From the NCBI GenBank assembly GCA_021166775.1, contig JAJPEQ010000011.1:134515-198514 (forward strand): a stretch of 64,000 nt of DNA, given 5' to 3'. The translations under genes were made by a program, and so were the position numbers. Every line of letters begins with the position of its first letter. Positions within the stretch are counted from its first letter, which is position 1. This document shows, piece after piece, positions 30,084 through 37,484 of the stretch. Origin of the DNA: Comamonas sp. Lineage in GTDB: Bacteria; Pseudomonadota; Gammaproteobacteria; Burkholderiales; Burkholderiaceae_C. The notes under the pieces are model-generated. The model saw nothing but the letters and a program-made list of their open reading frames with translations, had not been told where the DNA came from and searched no databases.

Positions 30084-30660
30084 GGCGCGACCTCTTGGCG
30101 ATCTCGGATTGCAGGCGCGCGATTTCGGCAACGGGGTCGCCTTCTTCCTCCATCCCTAGCAGGCTCAGGATCAGGCAGTAGTTGTTGGCGTCCTCGCGCG
30201 TGACCGGCACCGTGTCGACGGCAGGCGTATCACTTTGCGCTACAGCCACGGCAGAGAGGTACGCAAGAATGCCCGCCTCAACCAGCTCTCGGAATCCCCA
30301 CGCCATGCCTGGCATCTTTCCGCGCCGGTTCCAATCTCTCACGAGATTGTCAGCAACCTCAGCCACCAATACAGCGGCAGGCGCAACCTGCTGATGAGTG
30401 ACGGCACCTGCGGTGAGCAACCGCCGCAGCGCCCATTCGGCCCGGCCGCCCGGGGCCAAGGTCTCCCCCGGCTTGTCGTCGGGCAGCTCTTCCAGGACGT
30501 CGAGCGCTTGGCAGATGTCGTCGAAGTTCTGGCCGGCGATGCCGTGGCTACGCCCTTCTGGGCCTTCGAATTCCTCGGAATCGTCCAAGGCCAGGTGCGT
30601 GGCATGCGCCAGCGTGATCAATGCCTGGATGGCGGCGCGTTCGGTTGATGTGAGGATCAT
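30076..30660 (-). CDS. Hypothetical phage early protein
   Basis: 194-aa ORF with ATGA-type overlap and AAGGA RBS. Confidence 0.7.
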   Translation of the reverse strand: MILTSTERAAIQALITLAHATHLALDDSEEFEGPEGRSHGIAGQNFDDICQALDVLEELPDDKPGETLAPGGRAEWALRRLLTAGAVTHQQVAPAAVLVAEVADNLVRDWNRRGKMPGMAWGFRELVEAGILAYLSAVAVAQSDTPAVDTVPVTREDANNYCLILSLLGMEEEGDPVAEIARLQSEIAKRSRHG

Positions 30661-30971
30661 TTCTTTTCCTTGAAGACCTGGAACTCCCAATGGCAGCTGC
30701 GCACAGCCCACCCTGTGCCGATGGGGCGGCGACGAAAGCCGAACCGGGACAGATCGGGGCGGTGCTCGACGCTGACGTACCAGCCGCGCCGCTCCAGCCT
30801 GTCCAGCAATGCGAACAAGGGGACCAGCAAAAAGAACAGAGGCCACAGGAGCGCGATGAGAAAGATTGAGCGGGTATTGGCCGTTTGCTCGCGCACGGCC
30901 AGCCATCCCAACAGCGAGAAAACACCAGCGAGATAGGGGATGGCGAGGATGAGGATCGAAGCGTCCGTCAT
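30657..30971 (-). CDS. Hypothetical phage membrane protein (2 TM)
   Basis: 104 aa, two hydrophobic segments, in the operon. Confidence 0.7.
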   Translation of the reverse strand: MTDASILILAIPYLAGVFSLLGWLAVREQTANTRSIFLIALLWPLFFLLVPLFALLDRLERRGWYVSVEHRPDLSRFGFRRRPIGTGWAVRSCHWEFQVFKEKK

Positions 30972-30974
30972 GGC

Positions 30975-31442
30975 CTACCCCTGCGCCCGCTTGGCGCGGT
31001 CGAGCATGGACTTGAGGGCCTCGATCACCTTGGAGGCATCGGCCACGGGCAGGAACTTCACGTCCGCGACGCCCTTGCCCGTGATGCGGCCGATGAACAC
31101 CAGCAGCGCGGCTGGGGTGGCATCGCGCAGACCACCGGCCTCGCCGATCTTTCTCCACAGCCATTTGATCTTGGCGGCCTGGTCGAAGGGTTTGAAGGTG
31201 CTGGCCTTGGGCGTGTAGCCCAGCGTGTCCATGTGCGCGAGCACCGCCGCGCGGCCGGTGGCGTCGAGCTCGGCGGCGCTGGTCTTGCCGGTGAGGTTGC
31301 GCAGGTGGTAGCGGTAGTCGTCGTCGCTCCAGCCGAGCGCCGCCTTGCCCTGGTGGATATGGCCGAGTTCGCGCTTGCGCTGGGCAGCGGCGGCGCCCGC
31401 GTTGATGTGGGTGGTGAAGGGTCTGCGGGTGGTGATAGCCAT
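30975..31442 (-). CDS. gemA: GemA / Mu gp16 (DUF1018) family protein
   Basis: HIHQGKAALGWSDDDYR..L..LTGKTSAAEL; KIKWLW; ASKVIEALKSM. Confidence 0.88.
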   Translation of the reverse strand: MAITTRRPFTTHINAGAAAAQRKRELGHIHQGKAALGWSDDDYRYHLRNLTGKTSAAELDATGRAAVLAHMDTLGYTPKASTFKPFDQAAKIKWLWRKIGEAGGLRDATPAALLVFIGRITGKGVADVKFLPVADASKVIEALKSMLDRAKRAQG

Positions 31443-31446
31443 GGCT

Positions 31447-31752
31447 TTAAACAAGCGAAGTGAACAGGCCGCGCTGCGGGTCTGCGGCGCGGAGGGCAAG
31501 GTGGCATTCGGGGCATAGGTGCCGGTTGGGGCCGGTCTCGCGTGCGTGAACCGCGCACAGGGCGCGATCGCATGTGCTGCTGCCGCTGCGAACGCCCTGG
31601 CGTTGTTGCGGTGGCGGGCCATCGCACAGAAATGCGCTGATCGCCAGGCACGGCTGCTCGCGGCCATTGATCAACACGCGGGCACCACAGGGCGCGGGCA
31701 GCTTGGTGCCGCGCATGTGGACCATGCCCATGGACGTGCGGTAGAACGGCAT
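31447..31752 (-). CDS. Cys-rich phage protein
   Basis: FLCD, TCDRALCAVHA and HLCPECH motifs. Confidence 0.7.
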   Translation of the reverse strand: MPFYRTSMGMVHMRGTKLPAPCGARVLINGREQPCLAISAFLCDGPPPQQRQGVRSGSSTCDRALCAVHARETGPNRHLCPECHLALRAADPQRGLFTSLV

Positions 31753-31892
31753 CAGGCGGTCCTTGCTGGCGCGTGCGGCGCGTTGCAGTAGCCCACCGGG
31801 CCGACGCACAGGCGGAAGTCGATGAAGCCGAGCGCGCCCAGCAGCCACAGGATGAGCACGGCGGTGCCGATGTAGTGGCAGATGGTTTTCAT
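31752..31892 (-). CDS. Small membrane protein (46 aa), not in the ORF track
   Basis: MKTICHYIGTAVLILWLLGALGFIDFRLCVG...; overlaps both neighbours at start/stop. Confidence 0.6.
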   Translation of the reverse strand: MKTICHYIGTAVLILWLLGALGFIDFRLCVGPVGYCNAPHAPARTA

Positions 31893-32167
31893 CGCAGCAA
31901 CCTCGGCCCTGTGGACTTGACGGGGGCGGCCTCGCCATCGGGCATGCGCACCTTGTCGGCTGGCACCAGGCGGAATTCCACGTTGACCGGACCTTCCACC
32001 TCGTAGGTGTCGTGGTTCCCACTAGCGCGATCCCACTTCCACTCCACATTGACCGCGTGCTGCATCAGCTCGGCCACCTTCATGGCCTTGGCGGGGTCCA
32101 TCAGGAAGTGGCTGTAGCCGATGGTGAGATAGGCCATCTGCTGGCCGGGTTTGGCGGCGCGGGTCAT
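31889..32167 (-). CDS. Hypothetical phage protein (92 aa)
   Basis: GGAG RBS; coupled in the operon. Confidence 0.7.
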   Translation of the reverse strand: MTRAAKPGQQMAYLTIGYSHFLMDPAKAMKVAELMQHAVNVEWKWDRASGNHDTYEVEGPVNVEFRLVPADKVRMPDGEAAPVKSTGPRLLR

Positions 32168-32583
32168 GCGGGGTCTCCTTTAAAAAAATGGGCGCCGGTG
32201 AGCAGCGGCGCGATGGCGTCGCTGGCGTGTGCCCGCAGCGCTGGCAGGCACACGCCGGCGCGGCGCAGGCGCGCCTCGCTCTCGCACGCGCGGCAGACGT
32301 TGTGCAGCCGCCCCGAGTGGCGTGGCAGCGGGCGGAAAAACTCGCGCGAGAGCGGCCAGCTTTGGCCGCACCGGGCGCAGGCGTGCTCGACATCAGGGTT
32401 CTGCGCCAGGCCGGGCGCGGGCCGCATCAGCTGCCCTCGCGCGGTGCACTCGCGGCAGCGACAGCGGCGCGAGGCGTTCGATAGCGCGCGCGCGCCAAAG
32501 AACTCGGACGTGGCGGGCAGCCACTGTCGACACGCGCCGCACTGCAGCCAGGTGAACAAGGGGTGTCGAGCGATCAGCGTCAT
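32164..32583 (-). CDS. Tandem zinc-ribbon protein
   Basis: Two CxxC..P...FF..CxxC repeats. Confidence 0.7.
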   Translation of the reverse strand: MTLIARHPLFTWLQCGACRQWLPATSEFFGARALSNASRRCRCRECTARGQLMRPAPGLAQNPDVEHACARCGQSWPLSREFFRPLPRHSGRLHNVCRACESEARLRRAGVCLPALRAHASDAIAPLLTGAHFFKGDPA

Positions 32584-32587
32584 GGCG

Positions 32588-32809
32588 TCAACCCCTGCGC
32601 TGCTCGCGCGCGCTCAGCGTGCCGCGCTTGATCTGCTCGGTCCTGAGCGCCTGCGCGCGGCTCTTTTGCTGGTTGAGCACCACCATGCCGGAGCGGCGCG
32701 GAGCAAGATCAATAGGGCGAACCTGACGAGCAGAAGGCAGGTGCGCGTTCTGGCATCCCTGCGCCGCCGCGCGGGTACGCAGCATCTGGAAGGCATTGGG
32801 CGGGCTCAT
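32588..32809 (-). CDS. Hypothetical phage protein (73 aa)
   Basis: Fills the operon gap with coupled overlap. Confidence 0.5.
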   Translation of the reverse strand: MSPPNAFQMLRTRAAAQGCQNAHLPSARQVRPIDLAPRRSGMVVLNQQKSRAQALRTEQIKRGTLSAREQRRG

Positions 32810-33045
32810 GCGTGCGCTCCTTCGTCATCGGCGACGCGTGCATCCAGGCGTTCCAGATCGGCGAGCGCTGCAGGCACGCTGCGCCGGTGCGTGAAGCACG
32901 CGCGTGCGCTGTCGCGCTGCGCGGCTGCGGGCCAGGTGCGCGGGGAGAGATCACCACCGACCGCGCGCCAGCGGGCAGGCCAGACCCCTGGCTCCTGGTA
33001 CTCGAAGCCGAAGCCCTGCGGGAAGGTGCGGCTGCGGGTTTTCAT
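32806..33045 (-). CDS. Hypothetical phage protein (79 aa)
   Basis: ATGA overlaps with neighbours. Confidence 0.55.
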   Translation of the reverse strand: MKTRSRTFPQGFGFEYQEPGVWPARWRAVGGDLSPRTWPAAAQRDSARACFTHRRSVPAALADLERLDARVADDEGAHA

Positions 33046-33503
33046 GCGGCCCTCGCCCACACCACGCCGTCGCGGCTCTTGCGCGCACCGCACCAGGCCA
33101 GCCACCGCGCAAGCGCATCGCCCGCGGCCTCTTGCGTGCCCGCCTCAGGGACGCCGGGCACGAGCAGCTTGCCACTGCTCGCGCCCTGCCCGTGCCGGGC
33201 CAGCGCGCCGACCTGGGCGTCTAGGGCGTACCTGGGGCCGCGTGCGATCTCGATCGCACCGCCGCCGTCCGGCGACTCCGCGGGTATGGCATCGCCGATC
33301 TCGATCAGGCCCGATGCCCAGCACCACGCAACCTGCGGCGTGCAGTCGTAGTAGTTCTTGCAGCCGCAGCGCGGGCACACCATGTCGCTCATCGATATCT
33401 CGGACGTTGAACGGCGCGGCCGGGGCCGCGAGATGCGATCGGCCTCGGTGTGCATGAGGCGGCAGCGGGTGCACTTGATAGGCGTGTGGAGGTGCATGAT
33501 CAT
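33042..33503 (-). CDS. Zn-finger plus conserved Mu-like early domain protein
   Basis: CTRC..CPRC finger; AWCWASGLIEIG..LLVPGVPEA domain recalled from Mu-like early regions; AAGGAG RBS. Confidence 0.7.
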   Translation of the reverse strand: MIMHLHTPIKCTRCRLMHTEADRISRPRPRRSTSEISMSDMVCPRCGCKNYYDCTPQVAWCWASGLIEIGDAIPAESPDGGGAIEIARGPRYALDAQVGALARHGQGASSGKLLVPGVPEAGTQEAAGDALARWLAWCGARKSRDGVVWARAA

Positions 33504-33712
33504 TTCTCCTTTGAACCATCGCGCTCGAGCTGGCGCAGACGCGAGTGCACCGCGCGCGCCACGGTCTTTTGCAGGTTCGGCAGTGCCAGCGCGGCCTGGC
33601 ACTGCTCGCTGGTGAAACGGCGCACGGCAGCGATGCGGTCTTCCACCGTTATGTGGTAGGTCTGATGTCCGTTGTAGACCGTGGCGGCGAAGGGGTTGGC
33701 AGCGCGGCTCAT
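33500..33712 (-). CDS. Hypothetical phage protein (70 aa)
   Basis: GGAGG RBS; coupled overlaps. Confidence 0.65.
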   Translation of the reverse strand: MSRAANPFAATVYNGHQTYHITVEDRIAAVRRFTSEQCQAALALPNLQKTVARAVHSRLRQLERDGSKEK

Positions 33713-34335
33713 GCTCGAACCTCCATCGCCTGCGTGCCGCGATCGCACAGCGCCACCAGTCGCTCCACGTCGAAGTGCGGCCCGAAGATGGCCCGGCCAC
33801 GGTAGTGAAACTGCTCGCGTGCCTCGTGCTCCAGGCTGGTCAGCACGCACTTGAGCGCGGTCTGCACCAGCTCGCTGGGTGTCATGTGCGCCGAGAGTCG
33901 CCACTTGCGTGTGCTCTGGCGCACCGGCTTGCCGCCCGATACGTTGCACGGTGCATGGAAAACCGCCTGCAGATAGGTGGCGCCGCTGAAGTTGCCCACC
34001 ACCCGGAACTGGTAGCCGGGAAAGCTCACCAGGCACAGCACTTCGTGGGCGCGCAGTACCGTCATGCCGGGGCTGGGTGGCACCTTTGCGACCAGGCGCT
34101 TGGCTTGCAGACGTGGATGGATCAGCCACTGCCAGATGCCAATGACGGATGTGGCGGTGAACACGACCTGCTGCAGCAGGAAGAACCAGTGCTGGTTGCC
34201 CGCGCCGAAGGCGATCCAGCCCACGTTGCTGATGAGCCAGACGACGAAAGCCCAGCCCGCGTGGCGGTTGCGTGTGGCGAGCAGCAGCGCGCCCGCCATG
34301 CCCAGGATGGCCGAGAAGATTTCAATAAGCTGCAT
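33709..34335 (-). CDS. 3-TM PnuC/SemiSWEET-like segment fused to a soluble phage domain
   Basis: N-terminal GWAFVVWLISNVGWI..QQVVF..IGIWQW; C-terminal RKWRLSAHMTPSELVQTA..EHEARE.F.YRGRAIFGPH. Confidence 0.6.
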   Translation of the reverse strand: MQLIEIFSAILGMAGALLLATRNRHAGWAFVVWLISNVGWIAFGAGNQHWFFLLQQVVFTATSVIGIWQWLIHPRLQAKRLVAKVPPSPGMTVLRAHEVLCLVSFPGYQFRVVGNFSGATYLQAVFHAPCNVSGGKPVRQSTRKWRLSAHMTPSELVQTALKCVLTSLEHEAREQFHYRGRAIFGPHFDVERLVALCDRGTQAMEVRA

Positions 34336-34345
34336 GGCCGCTCCT

Positions 34346-34573
34346 TCAAATATCAGTAGGGCCAATGACCCGCTTGACGCCGCAATGCAGCAGGTGGCCA
34401 TTGCCCAGATCAATATCCTGGGTGTTGCCGCCCAGGCAATTCAGCCCGATGACAGTGCGCAGCGCGATGTCCAGAATTTCATGGACTTGTTGCGCCTCAA
34501 GGGTGCCGCCCGCATCGCTGGAAACGACGGAACGGGCGACGTCGGCGATGGTGGCGTTGCGAGGTGTTTTCAT
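34346..34573 (-). CDS. Hypothetical phage protein (75 aa)
   Basis: Coupled to the upstream DUF3164 gene. Confidence 0.55.
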   Translation of the reverse strand: MKTPRNATIADVARSVVSSDAGGTLEAQQVHEILDIALRTVIGLNCLGGNTQDIDLGNGHLLHCGVKRVIGPTDI

Positions 34574-35190
34574 GCTGCCGCCACGTCCAAGCTGATGAGC
34601 TGGTACTTGTCCGAGTCGCCCACGCGCTCGTACAGCCGGATGTAGCTCTTGCTGCCCACCACCTGCAGGCTTTCGCCGATGGCTTGCATGGCGCGCGCCC
34701 AGCGGTCATCCTGGATGTCCAGGCGCCGCAGCGCGAGCACCGCGTTCGTGTTGAGGTTGCCAGCCTTGTCGGTCTCGAAGGCGCGGTTGACGATGGCGCG
34801 CAGCTCGGGGCGTGCGCCTTGCGTCCACTCAGTCAGGCACTCCTCGATGAGCGCCTTTGCCGCTTGCAGCCGCTCGTCGAACGAGAGCGTCTCGGCGATG
34901 GCGCGCAGCACCTTGTAGCGCCCGTCGTAGCTGATGAGGCTCACATTGCCCTTGGTGCCGCCGAGCTGCGCACCGTACTGCTCGGCGCTCAGTTGCACGA
35001 AGCTGGCGATGTCGCCCAGCGCCTTTTCTCGGTAGCGCGCCACGTCGCCGCTCAGCGCCTTGGCGCCCGCGATCAGTTCATGCACGAGCTCGTCACGCGC
35101 CCTATCGATGGGCTTGATGGTCTCGATGGGGTCAAGGCCGCCGCGCGCGTTGCGCCAGTAGCCGTTGGGGATGGTTTGTGCTTCGGTCAT
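34570..35190 (-). CDS. DUF3164 family protein (Mu-like early region)
   Basis: GYWRNARGGL, YGAQLGGTKGNVSLISYDG, SKSYIRLYER. Confidence 0.85.
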   Translation of the reverse strand: MTEAQTIPNGYWRNARGGLDPIETIKPIDRARDELVHELIAGAKALSGDVARYREKALGDIASFVQLSAEQYGAQLGGTKGNVSLISYDGRYKVLRAIAETLSFDERLQAAKALIEECLTEWTQGARPELRAIVNRAFETDKAGNLNTNAVLALRRLDIQDDRWARAMQAIGESLQVVGSKSYIRLYERVGDSDKYQLISLDVAAA

Positions 35191-35227
35191 TGGGATGGTC
35201 TTTCGGGTGGTTGAGGTGGTGAATGGA

Positions 35228-35380
35228 TTAGCCGAGCAGGTAGCCCAGCAGGCCGCTGGCGAGCGCAAGCAAGGTCAGCAGCACCAGTGCCATGACCGCG
35301 CTGCGCAGCGCATGCAGCACGCGGGTGCGCCAGCGCAGCGGGTAGCGCTGGAGCACGCCAGGCGCGAATGGGCGGCTCAT
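35228..35380 (-). CDS. Small membrane protein (50 aa)
   Basis: C-terminal hydrophobic helix; GGAGG RBS. Confidence 0.6.
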   Translation of the reverse strand: MSRPFAPGVLQRYPLRWRTRVLHALRSAVMALVLLTLLALASGLLGYLLG

Positions 35381-35631
35381 GCGGCGCCTCCATGGATCAG
35401 GCGCAGCACGCGCTCGCGGTGCATGCGCGTGAACTGGTAGTAATCGGTCGTGGCCTCGTACAGGGCCACGCGGCGCGGCACCTGGAAGAAGCGCTCGATG
35501 CGCCGCGTGCGGCGCTTGATCCACGCCAGGGGCGGGCGGCGGTAGTCGGCCTCGGCCAGTACGCGATTGAGCGGCAGCTGCACCACGCGGGCGTCGGCAT
35601 CCGTGGCGGCGACAGCGGTTTTAAATGTCAC
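35377..35631 (-). CDS. Hypothetical phage protein (84 aa)
   Basis: AGGAG RBS before GTG 35631. Confidence 0.6.
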   Translation of the reverse strand: MTFKTAVAATDADARVVQLPLNRVLAEADYRRPPLAWIKRRTRRIERFFQVPRRVALYEATTDYYQFTRMHRERVLRLIHGGAA

Positions 35632-36049
35632 GGGTAGTCTCCTTCTGGGCTTTGGTCTTGCGCACCGTTGTGACGGCGGGCGGTGCGCTGGCAATGAAGT
35701 GCTCGCATGTGCGGCAGGCCTGCCAGTGCTGCATCTCGCGCGGCGTGGTGGGGGCGGGGCGGTGGGCATAGGCGCGGCACTGCTCGGCGGTGATCACCAC
35801 CGGCTCGCCGCCGTTCTCTTGAGTGAGGTAGGGACAGGGGTAGCGGCCGTAGGTGTGGATCACGCGGTTGGCGATGCGCGTGGTGTCCGCCTGACCGCTG
35901 CCGTACAGGCCGCCGCAGCGCAGCACCTGGTTGACGGTTGAAACCGAAATGCCCAGTTCAATGGCCACGGCTGTCTGAGAGCGCCGCTGGCACTGGTCGC
36001 GTAGGAGTGCGTACCAGGGCTCGCTCATGTAGTTGCTGGAGCAGCTCAT
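35621..36049 (-). CDS. HTH DNA-binding protein with Cys motif
   Basis: SQTAVAIELGISVSTVNQVL; CPYL..C..WQACRTC. Confidence 0.8.
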   Translation of the reverse strand: MSCSSNYMSEPWYALLRDQCQRRSQTAVAIELGISVSTVNQVLRCGGLYGSGQADTTRIANRVIHTYGRYPCPYLTQENGGEPVVITAEQCRAYAHRPAPTTPREMQHWQACRTCEHFIASAPPAVTTVRKTKAQKETTRDI

Positions 36050-36684
36050 TGCGGCGCTGCTCCTGTATCCGCCCCAGCGCGTTTGACAAGGTAGCGCGCT
36101 GGAATGGGCATGGTTTTGTCAAATGCAGTCGGATGGATCAGCCCGGCTCGCGCGGGCGGCGGCCAGCGCCCCAAGTCTTTGATGAGCACGTAGCGCAGGC
36201 ACCCTGCCTCGCGTTTTTGTGAAACCACAACAGCTTCGGGTGCGTGCTTGGCCCAAGCGGCGAGCAGTGTCGCGATGCGCCGGGTGTCGGCAGAAAAATC
36301 GTCACCGGCATCGGCCAGTGTCTGCGCGGCGTCCAATGCGGTCAGGCGTCGGCGGATACGCAGCAGATTCCATAGCCGGGTGGATAGCGCCCGAACGTCC
36401 GGGCCTGTGCTGGACTGAGCTTGAGCTGCCGCTTGCGCGGCCTGCAGCCCTTTCGTGGTCAGGCGCCACTTGCGCGCGAACCGCGCATGCGTGCGCACAC
36501 GGACTTCTTGCGCGTAGCCTTGCCGCTGCAGGCTCTGGAACGCCATCTCGGCAATGCTCGCCACAAAGTCAATGCGGCCATCCGTGGCCCACGCGGCCAG
36601 CTCGGCGGTCGTGATCTGGCGCCTGGTGCTTGTCACGTTCCGCTCAAGCGCCAGCAGAGCCGGGACGAGATACCACTGCCACAT
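36046..36684 (-). CDS. Hypothetical phage protein (probable winged-helix), downstream of the ATPase
   Basis: 212-aa ORF; LWNLLRIRRRLT; RYVLIKDLG. Confidence 0.7.
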   Translation of the reverse strand: MWQWYLVPALLALERNVTSTRRQITTAELAAWATDGRIDFVASIAEMAFQSLQRQGYAQEVRVRTHARFARKWRLTTKGLQAAQAAAQAQSSTGPDVRALSTRLWNLLRIRRRLTALDAAQTLADAGDDFSADTRRIATLLAAWAKHAPEAVVVSQKREAGCLRYVLIKDLGRWPPPARAGLIHPTAFDKTMPIPARYLVKRAGADTGAAPQ

Positions 36685-36686
36685 GG

Positions 36687-37415
36687 TTACGGCCTCCTCG
36701 TCATGTGGCCGCTGAAATCAGCGCAAAGCGCGCGGCCCTTGACGTGAGCCACGTCTACCTCGCGCCAGCTATTGGCTTCGGCCCAAGCCTCGACGTTGGC
36801 GATGGCGTTGAGCACGTGGCGCATGCGCCCCTGGCTGTCGGCGTGGATCTGCGCCACCAGCGCGGGCGTGAGCGCCACCTCTGACTTGGCCTTGCATGTG
36901 GCCTGCACATCGGCCAGGTCCAGCGGATGCAGCTGCACGATGCGCGCCACGCGGCTGGCGATGTGCGCGTAGCGCTGCACGATGGCCGGGAAGTTCTCCA
37001 TGCCGATCAGGAACACCATGGTGCCCGTCACGTCCGAGATGTCGCGGATCGTCTCAAGCTTTGCCGCGCTCTTCATGTCGGCGAGGTAGTCGGCCTCGTC
37101 GAAGATCAGCGCTTGCATTGTTTGCGCCAGGTGCGCTGTGATGCGGTTTTCCACGTCGGCGGCGCTGCCGCGCACAGACAGCGCCAAGCCTGTGGCAATG
37201 TCATCGAGCATCGAGCGGCCCGACCACACGCGCTTGGCGCGGATGAAGACGTGGCCGTTCTCGCTTGCCCAGCGCTCGGTCAGTTCGCTCTTGCCGATGC
37301 CGTACTTACCCTGGATCAGCACCAGGCCGGCCTCGCGCGCGCCGCGGCGCTGCACCACCTTCTCTGCCTCCTTGAGCAGGCGGAAGTTCTGCGTTTGCAC
37401 GAATCCCTTTTTCAT
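36687..37415 (-). CDS. Transposition ATPase (MuB-like AAA)
   Basis: Walker A GKYGIGKS; Walker B LIFDEAD; follows the transposase. Confidence 0.9.
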   Translation of the reverse strand: MKKGFVQTQNFRLLKEAEKVVQRRGAREAGLVLIQGKYGIGKSELTERWASENGHVFIRAKRVWSGRSMLDDIATGLALSVRGSAADVENRITAHLAQTMQALIFDEADYLADMKSAAKLETIRDISDVTGTMVFLIGMENFPAIVQRYAHIASRVARIVQLHPLDLADVQATCKAKSEVALTPALVAQIHADSQGRMRHVLNAIANVEAWAEANSWREVDVAHVKGRALCADFSGHMTRRP

Positions 37416-37484
37416 TTACATTTCCTTTTGCTTGGGGTCTCGAAATCAATCAACTCAGGCACGCCCTCGTGACGGTTGCCGCCG

